Assembly (NCBI GenBank): GCA_050331735.1
Contig: JBHJGN010000006.1
Span: 32,001 to 96,000 of the forward strand
Reading direction: 5' to 3'
Origin: Cyanophyceae cyanobacterium
Lineage (GTDB): Bacteria; Cyanobacteriota; Cyanobacteriia; Cyanobacteriales; JBHJGN01
Length of the DNA stretch: 64,000 nt
The position numbers and the translations under genes were made by a program. Below are positions 9,486 to 18,977 of the stretch, piece after piece (the stretch's first letter is position 1; each line of letters opens with the position of its first letter). The notes below the pieces were generated by a model. That model did no database searches. It was given only the letters and a program-made list of their open reading frames with translations, and was not told where the DNA came from.

Positions 9486-9920
9486 TTATTCTCCTCGAAG
9501 CAGCGTGAAAAAATTAACTTTTGTCGCAGCGGTTTGGCGCTGTTGGGTGTCCTGCTGGCGGTGAGCGGCTTCAGCAAGAGGAGTGAGGACCGTTGTTGTG
9601 ACTGCTTCATGCCATTTCTGAAGCTGCAAAAGGGCATCACAGACGGCGGCGAGCTCGGCATGACGAGGCGATCGCCCGCCGACATAGCCAAATCCCGTGA
9701 CGTCCTCCACCACGACGACACAGCGAGTCATCGTCATTTCTCCCAGGTTAAATACCTGCCCGGTTCCCCCGGCACGTCCTCGCACCATCGTGAGTCCGAT
9801 CTCTGGTTCTCTTAAAAAGCGATAGGAAGGCAAAGAGCCTAGGGCTGCTACCTGCTGCTCTAACTGCTCTAGCGACGCTTTGGCAAGAGTAGCCATCCAG
9901 GTTTGTCTCTGAGTAGTCAT
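9486..9920 (-). CDS. phnG: C-P lyase system protein PhnG
   Basis: RQTWMATLAKA, LREPEIGLTMVRGRAGGTG..FNLGEMTMTRC, AATKVNFFTLLRGE. Confidence 0.95.
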   Translation of the reverse strand: MTTQRQTWMATLAKASLEQLEQQVAALGSLPSYRFLREPEIGLTMVRGRAGGTGQVFNLGEMTMTRCVVVVEDVTGFGYVGGRSPRHAELAAVCDALLQLQKWHEAVTTTVLTPLAEAAHRQQDTQQRQTAATKVNFFTLLRGE

Positions 9921-9990
9921 TGCTTTTAGTCGAGGAGAGCGTTGGTACTGGAACCCCCAGAATACCCGCCACGGCGTCAAATTTCAATCA

Positions 9991-10014
9991 GGCTAGACAA
10001 CCAAGCAAGTTAAG
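9991..10014 (-). promoter_or_regulatory. Possible regulatory sites upstream of phnG (GntR/PhnF-like half site; single Pho-box-like unit)
   Basis: Minus strand reads CTTAACTT (cf. the cyanobacterial Pho unit CTTAACCT) followed by GGTTGTCTAG; only partial matches. Confidence 0.25.
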
Positions 10015-10129
10015 CTGGAACTATGCGGTTTGCCTATAGGAGGATTGAGCGATGGATGCTGACGAGAAACGAGCCATGCTTAAAGGTGACTCTCTCACCA
10101 CTGAGATTCCTGCCGCTACAGTCTGCACT

Positions 10130-11542
10130 ATGAATATTCCTGACTTTAAGCGCTACGGCTATCAGGTCATTGAACCACTAGGACAAAATTCCGGGCAGGG
10201 ACGCTTGACCTACAAAGCGCTCAATTTCCAAGGACAAACTGTCGTCATCAAGCAGTTCCAGTTTGTTACCAGTACAGACTGGACAGGATACAAAGCCGTC
10301 GAGCGCGAAGTTGAAGTCTTGCAAGCGCTCAATCATCCTGGTATTCCGCGAATCTTGAAAACATTCGATTCGGGAAACGGCATCTGCTTAGTTCAAGAAT
10401 ATAAAGATGCCTCCCCTCTATCAACCCCGCGCCGCTTAACGACGGAAGAGGTTAAAAGCATTGCGATCACCGTTTTAGAAATTTTAGTCTACCTTCAACA
10501 GCAGGTTCCCCCCATTATTCATCGCGATATTAAGCCCGAGAACGTTTTAGTCGACGATCAGCTCAACGTTTACTTAATTGATTTTGGGTTCGCTCGCACG
10601 AATCACCAGCCCGGAGTAGCCCTGAGCAGTCAGGTAGCGGGAACGTTTGGTTTTATGCCACCAGAGCAGCTCTTGAATCGCCCTCTAACTCTGGCTACCG
10701 ACCTCTACAGTTTGGGGGCGACGCTCATTTGTTTGCTCAGCGGCACTGCCTCAACTGAAATTGGGACTCTCATCGACAACCGTTTTCACTTCCGCTGGCA
10801 GCCTCCTGCCCACCTCAGTCGCCGATGGAGGCAGTGGCTTCAAAAGCTAGTGCAGCCGGAGCTAAAATATCGCTTCAGCGATGCTTCTGAGGCCTTAGAG
10901 GCTCTCAACGACATCGACGCTCTCGATTTGCCCCAGACTCAGATTAACTGGCTAGGAGCAGCAAAGCAAATTAAGTTTAAAGAAACCGTTGGCAATTGGA
11001 GAAGTTCTCTCCATCAAGCCTTGCTTGCCCTCAGACAATCGCCCAGGATTCTACTCCTGTGGTGGCTGGTTTGCTTTACGGTTACTGTTTTGGTTGCGGC
11101 GGTGGGAATTAGTGCCTGGGGAACGATAACAGGAGCGATCGCCGGAGTCGCTTTGGGTGCTTTACTCGGTTCAGGAGAGGAGCAATTGGGGAAAGGAGTG
11201 CTTGCGGGAGCCAGTGGCGGAGCGCTCGCGGGAGCCGCGAGCGGGGCGACGGCTAAAATTGGGGCTGGCTTGGGCATTAGTGCTGTTGGGGGAGCCGTAT
11301 TGGGCTTTGCTCTTGCTAGTATTGCCATTGTCATCGCCCTTGACCTTTTGCTGACAGAACAGCTTAAGAGCAATCTGAGCAGTTCTCTGCTGGCGATCAC
11401 GACCGGGATTGGGGTTGGCATCGGCTTGAGAGCAGGAGTGAGTTACCTACTGCTGGTCCTCCTCAGCACAGTTCCCCTCGCTAGCGTTCTCATCGCCAAC
11501 AGACAGCGAGCGCTAGATCCGGCTGAAATCAGCAGTGAGTAG
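10130..11542 (+). CDS. Hanks-type Ser/Thr protein kinase with Gly/Ala-rich C-terminal membrane segments
   Basis: VVIK, HRDIKPEN, DFG, GTFGFMPPEQ, DLYSLG; hydrophobic C-terminus. Alternative start at 10052. Confidence 0.92.
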   Translation: MNIPDFKRYGYQVIEPLGQNSGQGRLTYKALNFQGQTVVIKQFQFVTSTDWTGYKAVEREVEVLQALNHPGIPRILKTFDSGNGICLVQEYKDASPLSTPRRLTTEEVKSIAITVLEILVYLQQQVPPIIHRDIKPENVLVDDQLNVYLIDFGFARTNHQPGVALSSQVAGTFGFMPPEQLLNRPLTLATDLYSLGATLICLLSGTASTEIGTLIDNRFHFRWQPPAHLSRRWRQWLQKLVQPELKYRFSDASEALEALNDIDALDLPQTQINWLGAAKQIKFKETVGNWRSSLHQALLALRQSPRILLLWWLVCFTVTVLVAAVGISAWGTITGAIAGVALGALLGSGEEQLGKGVLAGASGGALAGAASGATAKIGAGLGISAVGGAVLGFALASIAIVIALDLLLTEQLKSNLSSSLLAITTGIGVGIGLRAGVSYLLLVLLSTVPLASVLIANRQRALDPAEISSE

Positions 11543-11543
11543 G

Positions 11544-12509
11544 TTAAACTTGGTCGCAAGCGGCGATCGCCCCCAAAACTTGCTCGTGAATCAGGCCATT
11601 ACTGGCGACGATGCCTCGATTCTGAGCGAGTTTAGCCCCACAAGAAAACTTGAGGGGTTGCCCGTCCAAATCCGTCACCCGTCCGCCCGCTTCTTCAACA
11701 ATAATGGCTCCGGCGGCGTGGTCCCAGATGTTTTCTCGACGCGAGGAATCTTGCGGGAGAGGAATCCGCAGGTAGAGATCTGCGTCTCCTTTGGCGACTG
11801 CCCCGTACTTAGCCTGGGAGTCCATCCTCATCGGAGTGCAGCTAAGGCCCAGTTTACGAGCAATTTCCTCCTGTCGGGGGCGATCGCTATGGGCCGATTC
11901 TACGCTTTCAATCAGCCGTACGCTATCCGAACCGCCACGCTGGGACACCTGCACTGGCTGAGACGTTCCGTTGAAAGTCATCATCGTGGTTCCCTGACCG
12001 CTAACGGCGACAAAGAGAGTTCCGATGTGCTCCTGAAACGGTAACGCCGGACAGGCTAGGACGCCGAGCTGAACCTGACCATACTCGATTAAAGCTAAGG
12101 CGATCGCATACTGGTCGCCGCGAATGAATCCTTTCGTGCCGTCGATGGGGTCCAAAGTCCAGTAGCGAGCAGCCGTTTGTCCCTTGCCGCGATCAATCCA
12201 CTCTGTCAGCAGGTCTGGAGTCGTCTGCGGAACTGTTTGTCTCACTCGCTCAGTAATCTGTTCTAAAATCCCCCGATTGCTAGGCTGACGGAGCATTTGA
12301 GCATCCTCCTCGGCCACAATTGAATCGTCAGCAAACGCGGCGGATAAAGTTTGGCAGACAATGGCTTGAGAGCCTAAATCCGCTAACGTCACCGGCGACT
12401 GGTCCGCTTTAGCGAACGCTTGAAAACTTCCTTGACGGATCTGCTGGCACAGGCGAGCAGCAGCGGTAACGGCGGCGATCGCCACTTGTTGTTCTTTGAG
12501 ATGCGGCAT
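11544..12509 (-). CDS. 3'(2'),5'-bisphosphate nucleotidase, HAL2/SAL1-like (inositol monophosphatase family)
   Basis: KADQSPVTLAD, WTLDPIDGTKGF, MDSQAKY, ENIWDHAAG. Confidence 0.92.
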   Translation of the reverse strand: MPHLKEQQVAIAAVTAAARLCQQIRQGSFQAFAKADQSPVTLADLGSQAIVCQTLSAAFADDSIVAEEDAQMLRQPSNRGILEQITERVRQTVPQTTPDLLTEWIDRGKGQTAARYWTLDPIDGTKGFIRGDQYAIALALIEYGQVQLGVLACPALPFQEHIGTLFVAVSGQGTTMMTFNGTSQPVQVSQRGGSDSVRLIESVESAHSDRPRQEEIARKLGLSCTPMRMDSQAKYGAVAKGDADLYLRIPLPQDSSRRENIWDHAAGAIIVEEAGGRVTDLDGQPLKFSCGAKLAQNRGIVASNGLIHEQVLGAIAACDQV

Positions 12510-12719
12510 TAGGTTTGGAGACGGAAGATACTTTATGTTTGTACTCTCGGCAGGAGCTAAAAGTCAAACTCACAGAGCTCATAAGCACTACTCGGACCCT
12601 TTACTCGCCCCGAGATCAGCTAAAGTCTATCCAAATTAGTTTTTTCGACGAGGATTTATGGACTAAATACCTCGGAAAGCACACTCATTGTACAAGTCCT
12701 TGTTCACATCGGCCAATTT

Positions 12720-12905
12720 CAGACTACTGATTGCAGGATGCTTTGGGTTAACCACGATTACCTCCTCTAAACCCGCCGGTATGGCTCCACTAGGTACGCG
12801 TAAACATAAGCTAGTAGCTCTTGTTAGCCAGTGACTACCGATTTTTTGAGTGCTGGCTGGATAAGGATACTTGGCCCAGTCTTTGCAGCATCCTGAGACA
12901 TAACG
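12720..12905 (-). ncRNA. ssaA: 6S RNA (cyanobacterial SsaA); ends approximate
   Basis: Closing stem CAGGATGC/GCATCCTG (12734-12741 with 12888-12895). Minus strand has TATCCTTATCCAG, CGGTAGTCACT, GCCATACCG and GTTTAGAGGAGGTAA blocks that I recall from cyanobacterial 6S RNAs; about 180 nt rod-like. Confidence 0.8.
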
Positions 12906-13062
12906 GAGTGTTGAATCTCATTGGCGGAGCTTATTTTAGTCGTGCCTGATGCTAGAGATGATAAACTGTTAGCTGAGGAAAACCTGTAGAACGGTGTGCT
13001 AAACCTAACGATTCAGAATCTACAGGAATGTTTGAGTCAACAGCTTGCTTTTCTAATCACCG

Positions 13063-13671
13063 ATGCGCTCTTTTTGGACTGAACCGTTTTTATGGATTCA
13101 TTTAGCAGGAATAGCCGTCTTGCCGCTGACTTTGCAGGCGACATGGCTTGGGTTAGCGGTGGGTGAACCGATTCCTTTCTTCTGGCTTGAGTTCCTTCTG
13201 CTCGCCGCAGTTGGCATCGTTCCGATCACGCTAATGCAGCTTCGCCGTCCGTTCGATATTTTTAGCCTGCTGCTTGTTGCCGTCAGACCAGAAGCATTAA
13301 CTCCTCGTCAGCAACAGATTTTGAGTTTGTTTACAGCCGGAAAGCAGCGCCTGCTAACGGCAGTGGGAGTGTTGATTATGCTGGTGATTCTCTGGCAAAT
13401 CTATCGAGTTGCTCCCCTAGCCGCCGTTGCTGCCTCTAGTCTTCCCCAAGTCAGGCTGCTGGGTCTAATGATTGCTGCCGTAGCCTTTCTGTTGAGTAAT
13501 TTATTTATTCAGGTTCCCCTAAGCGTTTTGGGTGTATTGTTGACCGGGGAACAGGTCTTTGCTGCTGCTGAACCGTTATCCCCAGACCAGATTCGCCAGA
13601 AGTTTATCATTCCTGGTTTTCGAGTGAATCGAATTTTGCCAGCCTCGGTAACAAACTCCACAGAAAGCTAG
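13063..13671 (+). CDS. Conserved cyanobacterial membrane protein ('low-complexity tail membrane protein' family)
   Basis: EPFLWIHLAG N-terminus, RPFDIFSLL, four hydrophobic segments. Confidence 0.75.
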   Translation: MRSFWTEPFLWIHLAGIAVLPLTLQATWLGLAVGEPIPFFWLEFLLLAAVGIVPITLMQLRRPFDIFSLLLVAVRPEALTPRQQQILSLFTAGKQRLLTAVGVLIMLVILWQIYRVAPLAAVAASSLPQVRLLGLMIAAVAFLLSNLFIQVPLSVLGVLLTGEQVFAAAEPLSPDQIRQKFIIPGFRVNRILPASVTNSTES

Positions 13672-13721
13672 CGGCGAACAAGGTACATTAAAATGAAACA
13701 GTCACTGAAGAGAAGCAATTA

Positions 13722-13904
13722 ATGACTAGTTCACTTCTGTCCTCGAATGAGGCATCGGTATGGGAAAGCTTGAAGCAGGCGATTGCCCAAAGCTCTGGTT
13801 TTCAGCGCTGGCAGCAGAACAACGCCGCTCAGATTCAGCAAACGAGCTTAGATGCTCAGGTGCGTCTCTATCTGCAGGAAACTCTTAAAACTCTAGCTTA
13901 CTAA
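13722..13904 (+). CDS. Small conserved cyanobacterial hypothetical protein
   Basis: WESLKQAIAQSSGFQRW...YLQETLKTLAY, a pattern I recognise from cyanobacterial small proteins. Confidence 0.7.
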   Translation: MTSSLLSSNEASVWESLKQAIAQSSGFQRWQQNNAAQIQQTSLDAQVRLYLQETLKTLAY

Positions 13905-14449
13905 AGCTTAAGCTCAACTCCAGCATCGGCAAGAATCCCTAAGAATTTATCAAGCTGAGTGTAGGTTTCGACCAGGCGATCGCCCTCAACATGGACATCC
14001 TCAGTAGGGTAGTTTTCTAGCACTTCCAGCAAAGTAATATTACCGTCAGGTAGGGCAGAACTGACGAGGGCAGCCCGTAAAGACTGCTGACTAGCGCTTT
14101 GGGTGGGGGTGTGAATTACTTTACTCACCTGGTCAAGCAGCAGTTCTCCAGGAAGGGTGTTGAGTCCTCTCGATAGCGGAACAGGCTCGATTTCTATTTC
14201 CCGCGTCAGTACGCTACGAAGTTCTTCGGGTTCGGTGTTCGCCATTTTTAGGTAAGCTTCTAAAGAAGAAGACAGTTCACCCGTCTCGACAAAAGTACTT
14301 AGCTCAGGAACAGACACAGATTCTCTGATAAAACCGTACTTAAGCACAACAGACTCGGCTGCCTCTGTTGGATAAGCAGGCAGAACGGCAGCGGCGGTTA
14401 ATCCAAGCCCGAGCTGGGTGAATCCGTGTCCGAGCGATTGTTTGTTCAT
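13901..14449 (-). CDS. Secreted DUF1400 (alpha/beta-hydrolase-associated) domain protein
   Basis: Signal peptide then AAESVVLKYG..SVSVPELSTFVETGE, SLRAALVSSA, ITLLEVLENYPT. Confidence 0.8.
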   Translation of the reverse strand: MNKQSLGHGFTQLGLGLTAAAVLPAYPTEAAESVVLKYGFIRESVSVPELSTFVETGELSSSLEAYLKMANTEPEELRSVLTREIEIEPVPLSRGLNTLPGELLLDQVSKVIHTPTQSASQQSLRAALVSSALPDGNITLLEVLENYPTEDVHVEGDRLVETYTQLDKFLGILADAGVELKL

Positions 14450-14580
14450 GCCATTGCCTCTTTCTCTCCATAATAATGAAGCTGACTCAATTCGGTCGAT
14501 TTTAGTTTCGCCTCGCCCTTAGCAAACCGTTTAATCACAAAAAGCTAAACTGGAAGAGAAAAGTTATTGAGGCAGGTGCA

Positions 14581-15879
14581 GTGCTCAACCCGGCGATCGC
14601 AAAGTCAGTAGAGCAGCTTAGCTATCGAGTGACCGTTGGCGACGTTGCTGCTCAAGCCGGACTCGACGTTAATATTGCCCAGCAAGGATTACTTGCCCTA
14701 GCGTCAGAGGCAGGCGGACATTTACAGGTAGCAGAGACGGGGGAAATTGTCTATTTGTTTCCCCGAAACTTTCGGTCAATTCTGCGTAATAAATACTGGC
14801 GCATCCGCTTGAGGGAATGGTGGGATAGAGTCTGGCGGGTTTTGTTCTACATCATTCGCGTTTCCTTTGGCATTGTTCTGATCGCTTCTATCCTCATTAT
14901 GGTGGTGGCGATCGCCGCAATTTTCATCGCCATGAATTCCAGCCGCGATAGTGACAATCGCAGTGACTACGGTGGCAGAAGCTATGGCGGTGGCGGATTC
15001 TTCTTCCTGCCTCGTTTCTGGCTAGGACCGGAGCTTTTCTGGTTCTTCTCGCCGAACTACGGCACTCAGCGCCAACGTCGCCGTTCGGCGCCTAGTAGTC
15101 AGATGAATTTCTTTGAAGCCATTTTCTCGTTTCTGTTTGGGGATGGCAATCCCAATCTAGACTTGGAAGAGCGGCGCTGGCAAGAAATCGGCACCGTGAT
15201 TCGCAACAGTGGCGGTGCGGTTGTGGCTGAACAGATTGCTCCTTACCTAGACATCAACAACGCTGAGGATGAGGACTATATTCTACCAGTGCTGAGCCGC
15301 TTCAACGGGTATCCGGAAGTATCTCCGAGGGGCGAAATTGTTTACTACTTTCCAGAACTCCAGGTTAGCGCTAATCGACGGCGTTCCCAACCGGTGTCTG
15401 CTTACCTGCGAGAGCAGACCTGGCGCTTTAGTCAAGCCGGAAGCAATCAAATTACGTTAGCGGTGGGATTAGGAGCAGCCAACTTCATTTTGGCTCTTGT
15501 CCTTGGTTCTCTGTTGCGCGACGGCACAGTAGCCCAGTTAGGCGGATTTTTTGCCCTGGTTGCTTCCCTCTACTGGCTGTTGCTCGGATACGGAACGGCT
15601 TTTCTCGTCATTCCCCTTGTCCGCTACTTTTGGATTCAGGGTCAGAACAGCAGAATCGAGGCGCGCAACCACAAGCGGCAAGCGAGGGCAGTAGCCCTCA
15701 ATGAAGCCGATACCGCACTACGGCGGAAGATTAACTATGCCCGTCAATTTGCCAGTGAGAAGGTAATTGGAGCAGAAGATATTACTTATTCAACGGAGAC
15801 TGATCTAATCGATCAGGAGTTAGAGAACTCCGATAAAATCGATGCAGAATGGCGACGGCGATTAGAATCGGGGTCTTAG
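14581..15879 (+). CDS. Conserved cyanobacterial/plastid membrane protein of unknown function
   Basis: RVTVGDVAAQAGL, GGHLQV, FSFLFGDGNPN, GGAVVAEQIAPYL, FNGYPEV; two hydrophobic blocks. Confidence 0.75.
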   Translation: MLNPAIAKSVEQLSYRVTVGDVAAQAGLDVNIAQQGLLALASEAGGHLQVAETGEIVYLFPRNFRSILRNKYWRIRLREWWDRVWRVLFYIIRVSFGIVLIASILIMVVAIAAIFIAMNSSRDSDNRSDYGGRSYGGGGFFFLPRFWLGPELFWFFSPNYGTQRQRRRSAPSSQMNFFEAIFSFLFGDGNPNLDLEERRWQEIGTVIRNSGGAVVAEQIAPYLDINNAEDEDYILPVLSRFNGYPEVSPRGEIVYYFPELQVSANRRRSQPVSAYLREQTWRFSQAGSNQITLAVGLGAANFILALVLGSLLRDGTVAQLGGFFALVASLYWLLLGYGTAFLVIPLVRYFWIQGQNSRIEARNHKRQARAVALNEADTALRRKINYARQFASEKVIGAEDITYSTETDLIDQELENSDKIDAEWRRRLESGS

Positions 15880-15922
15880 TATGAGCCGCAATCGGGATTA
15901 AATAATCGGGACAGATTAGTAG

Positions 15923-16681
15923 ATGCCTCAACAAGCAAGTATTCAACCGAACCAATCCTACACGTTTAGCCACTATTTTGAACTTCAAGCCGACCCTGAA
16001 GCTTTACTCAGCTACTTCGACTATTCGTTTGCCAAAATCTTTTTAGAGCTTCCCAAGGAAACTTTCGATCGAGAGGAGGCAAGTAAGCTCAAACGCAAAA
16101 TAATCGAGCGCTTGCCGAAGATCTTCTTTAGTGCAGAGACAGCCAGACGAGAAGTGCTGGTGTCTCCAGTTATTCTGTCGCTCATCGATTAGCTAGATAT
16201 TCGCGTGAAGATTGAATACCCGCTCAGGGTGAGCGATCAACTCAAAGGAGTCTTAGACTATTACATTAGCTCTCATCACCACTTATTGTACCAATTAGAA
16301 AAAGTAATAGGAGACTTGATGAGTTGGGGGAAAGGGGAAGGGGTAAAGGGGAAAGGGAAGCACAGCAGCTCTTTCCCCTTGAACCTCCAATTCTTGGTGC
16401 GTTTGGGAACTATCTGACTCCTTTCGGTAAATGGTATTAGTCATTGAAGCGAAGCGAGAAGATTTAGACAACGGTTTCAATCAACTCGCTGTAGAGCTTA
16501 TTGCCCTTCAGCAGTGGCTAGAAACAGACCAAGTTATCTATGGCGCTCTCACCACCGGAACAATTTGGCAGTTTGCCATTCTCAACCCGTAACACAACAG
16601 ATTGTTCAGGATTTGCAGCTTTACCGAGTTCCGGCAGATTTAGAAGAATTGTTTAGCATTCTAGTCGGCATTCTCAAGTAG
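15923..16681 (+). pseudogene. Disrupted PD-(D/E)XK restriction-endonuclease-like hypothetical gene
   Basis: In-frame TAG at 16190-16192, MITE insertion at 16289-16436, TAA/frameshift near 16590. Reconstructed protein reads ETARREVLV...IEYP...GVLDYY...LLVIEAKREDL...YGALTTGTIWQF...LYRVPADLEELFSILVGILK. Confidence 0.85.
16289..16436. mobile_element. MITE family A, copy 3 (148 bp), inserted in a gene
   Basis: Same TIRs; flanks TTG/TTA; three extra heptamer units; removing it with one flank restores HHLLVIEAK. Confidence 0.9.
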
Positions 16682-16782
16682 AGAATTAATTTGCCATTCA
16701 ATTTACTGGAAACTAAAACAGTCTCAGTTTTCCTCATCAACCGATGGTCGAAATCCCTTTCCCCCTTCGCCCTTTCCCCGAT

Positions 16783-18558
16783 TTAATACCCCAATGTTAA
16801 AGCCCCCGTGCGGCGAGGATCGGAAGCGCCATACGGGACGCCATCAACCCTCATCACGCTCTGGGTACTGCCCATGGCGTTCCCAACCTCTACTTCATGT
16901 CCTTTAAGGGTGAGTAACTCAACAGTGTCAGCGTTTAAGCCCTGCTCAATTCTAAGCTGGTCGGGGAACCACTGATGATGAATGCGTACTGCATTGGTAG
17001 CGGCGGCAATGTTCATCCCGTGATCGATGACGTTGAGCAGAATCTGCAACGTGGTGGTAATGATCCGACTGCCTCCCGGACTTCCCGTAACCAGAAACGG
17101 TTTGTCGTCTTTCATCACGATGGTGGGGGTCATGGAGCTGAGCATCCTTTTTTCCGGCTCAATCACGTTGGCTTCTCCCCCAACTAAACCGTAGGCATTC
17201 GCGACTCCTGGCTTGGCAGTAAAGTCATCCATTTCGTTGTTAAGCAAAATGCCAGTTCCGGGAACGGTAATGCCGGTTCCATAGCTAAAATTGAGGGTGT
17301 AGGTATTGGCAACGGCGTTTCCCTCGCTATCGATCACCGAGTAGTGGGTCGTATCGTTACTCTCTAGTCGGTCAGTGCCTCCAGGCAGAATCTGCTGACT
17401 GGGTGTAGCCATTTCTAGATCAATTCTGTCTCTAATCTGCTCGGCATACTGGGGAGAAATCAGGCGAGCCACAGGAACGTCAACAAAATCGGTATCGCCT
17501 AGAAACTTAAAACGGTCAGCGTAGGCTAACTTCATGCTTTCTACCATCAGATGAATGGTTTGAGCCGTATTGTGTCCCAAAGAACCAAGGGGAAATTTCT
17601 CAAGGAGATTGAGAATCTGCACCAGATGAATGCCCCCAGAACTCGGTGGCGGCATTGAATACACCTCATAGCCGCGATAGGAACCGCGAATCGGTTCCCG
17701 CACGACGGGTTCATAATCGGCTAAGTCTTCCTGGGTAATTAAGCCTCCGTTCGCCTCCATTTCAGTCGAAATAGCTTCAGCGATCGCTCCTTGATAAAAC
17801 GCCGACTTTCCCTCTTCGGCAATCAGCTTTAAGCTGTTGGCTAAGTCTTCCTGAACTAGAATATCCCCGACTTCGTAGGGCACTCCGTCGTTATAGAAGA
17901 TTTCTTGACTAGCCGGATAGGGTTGCATCTTCTCTTGGGCAGCTACCAGGGAACTGTAGAGATCTTCATCCACCGGAAACCCCTCTTCAGCTAAGGCGAT
18001 CGCTGGCTGCAAGGCTCGCTCCAGCGAAATCGTTCCGTACTCTTCGAGGGCCAGCACCATGCCAGCAACGGTTCCAGGAACGCCAACGGCGAGGTGACTA
18101 AATTGCGATTTCTGCGGATCGGCCTCTCCCTCCTCGTCGAGAAACATATCCCGCGTGGCCGCTTTTGGCGCTTTCTCTCGATAATCGATGGCAACGGTTT
18201 CTCCCGTCTCGGCTAGATGCACCATCATAAAGCCGCCGCCGCCGAGGTTACCAGCGCGGGGTAACGTCACCGCCATTGTAAATCCAATCGTGACAGCAGC
18301 ATCGATGGCATTGCCTCCCTCTTTCAACACGTCTAACCCGGACTGAGTAGCGTACTTTTCCTGAGAGGCTACCATCCCGTTCTGGGCAATTACCGGATGG
18401 AAAATATCCTCCGAGCTGTAAATAGGGGGTTCTTGGGCGGTGGCGCTAGCCGTGAAGAGGAGGGAGACGGCGATAAACAAGCTTTTTCCTTGCTGCTTCA
18501 ATAAAGATAAGCATTGGAATCGAGCTGATGAGTGTTGAAAGGGACTCCTTACTGCCAT
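16783..18558 (-). CDS. ggt: Gamma-glutamyltransferase
   Basis: GGNAIDAA, GNLGGGGFM, IDYREKAP, TTHYSV nucleophile, NNEMDDF, RMLSSMTP, GSPGGSRI. Confidence 0.97.
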   Translation of the reverse strand: MAVRSPFQHSSARFQCLSLLKQQGKSLFIAVSLLFTASATAQEPPIYSSEDIFHPVIAQNGMVASQEKYATQSGLDVLKEGGNAIDAAVTIGFTMAVTLPRAGNLGGGGFMMVHLAETGETVAIDYREKAPKAATRDMFLDEEGEADPQKSQFSHLAVGVPGTVAGMVLALEEYGTISLERALQPAIALAEEGFPVDEDLYSSLVAAQEKMQPYPASQEIFYNDGVPYEVGDILVQEDLANSLKLIAEEGKSAFYQGAIAEAISTEMEANGGLITQEDLADYEPVVREPIRGSYRGYEVYSMPPPSSGGIHLVQILNLLEKFPLGSLGHNTAQTIHLMVESMKLAYADRFKFLGDTDFVDVPVARLISPQYAEQIRDRIDLEMATPSQQILPGGTDRLESNDTTHYSVIDSEGNAVANTYTLNFSYGTGITVPGTGILLNNEMDDFTAKPGVANAYGLVGGEANVIEPEKRMLSSMTPTIVMKDDKPFLVTGSPGGSRIITTTLQILLNVIDHGMNIAAATNAVRIHHQWFPDQLRIEQGLNADTVELLTLKGHEVEVGNAMGSTQSVMRVDGVPYGASDPRRTGALTLGY

Positions 18559-18977
18559 TACTTTCTTAAAAAGATGCTGTTGTTAAAGAGCATCTTACAG
18601 GGAAACGAGAAATCTTAACAAACTTTGTATCTGTCAACAACTCGTAACACCTTCCTCATTTTAAGAAGAGTAAAATAGAAATAAAAACAGTAACATTCAA
18701 AACTTTTTGCAAGATTCGTCATGACATCAGTGCGAACACTTTCTTAGGCAACGAATTAATTGAACAAAGTTTCTTAACCAGTAGCTCTTGATTTTTAGCG
18801 ATTGCCAATATAAATCTTATTCTTCTGCCAGATAATAGCTAGCGGTTAACGAGCTTTCAATCAGTTTTAAAAAGTTTTGAGAACTAATTGAGTAGAGTCA
18901 AGCAATAACATTCTAATTACTCTTTTTTGATTTGTTGATCTGCTTGACTCAAAAGCCTTAAATAAGGAGAAAAACCG

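Noticed and set aside
11014..12044. Antisense ORFs over the kinase and nucleotidase genes (and similar shadows elsewhere)
   Set aside because: They are mirror frames of well-supported genes with no motifs of their own.
12515..12730. 71-aa ORF next to the 6S RNA
   Set aside because: TTG start, no RBS or motif; it occupies the upstream region of the nucleotidase gene.
16205..16480. ORFs 16205-16417 (+) and 16295-16480 (-) as genes
   Set aside because: They are read-through into, or antisense of, the MITE within a pseudogene.
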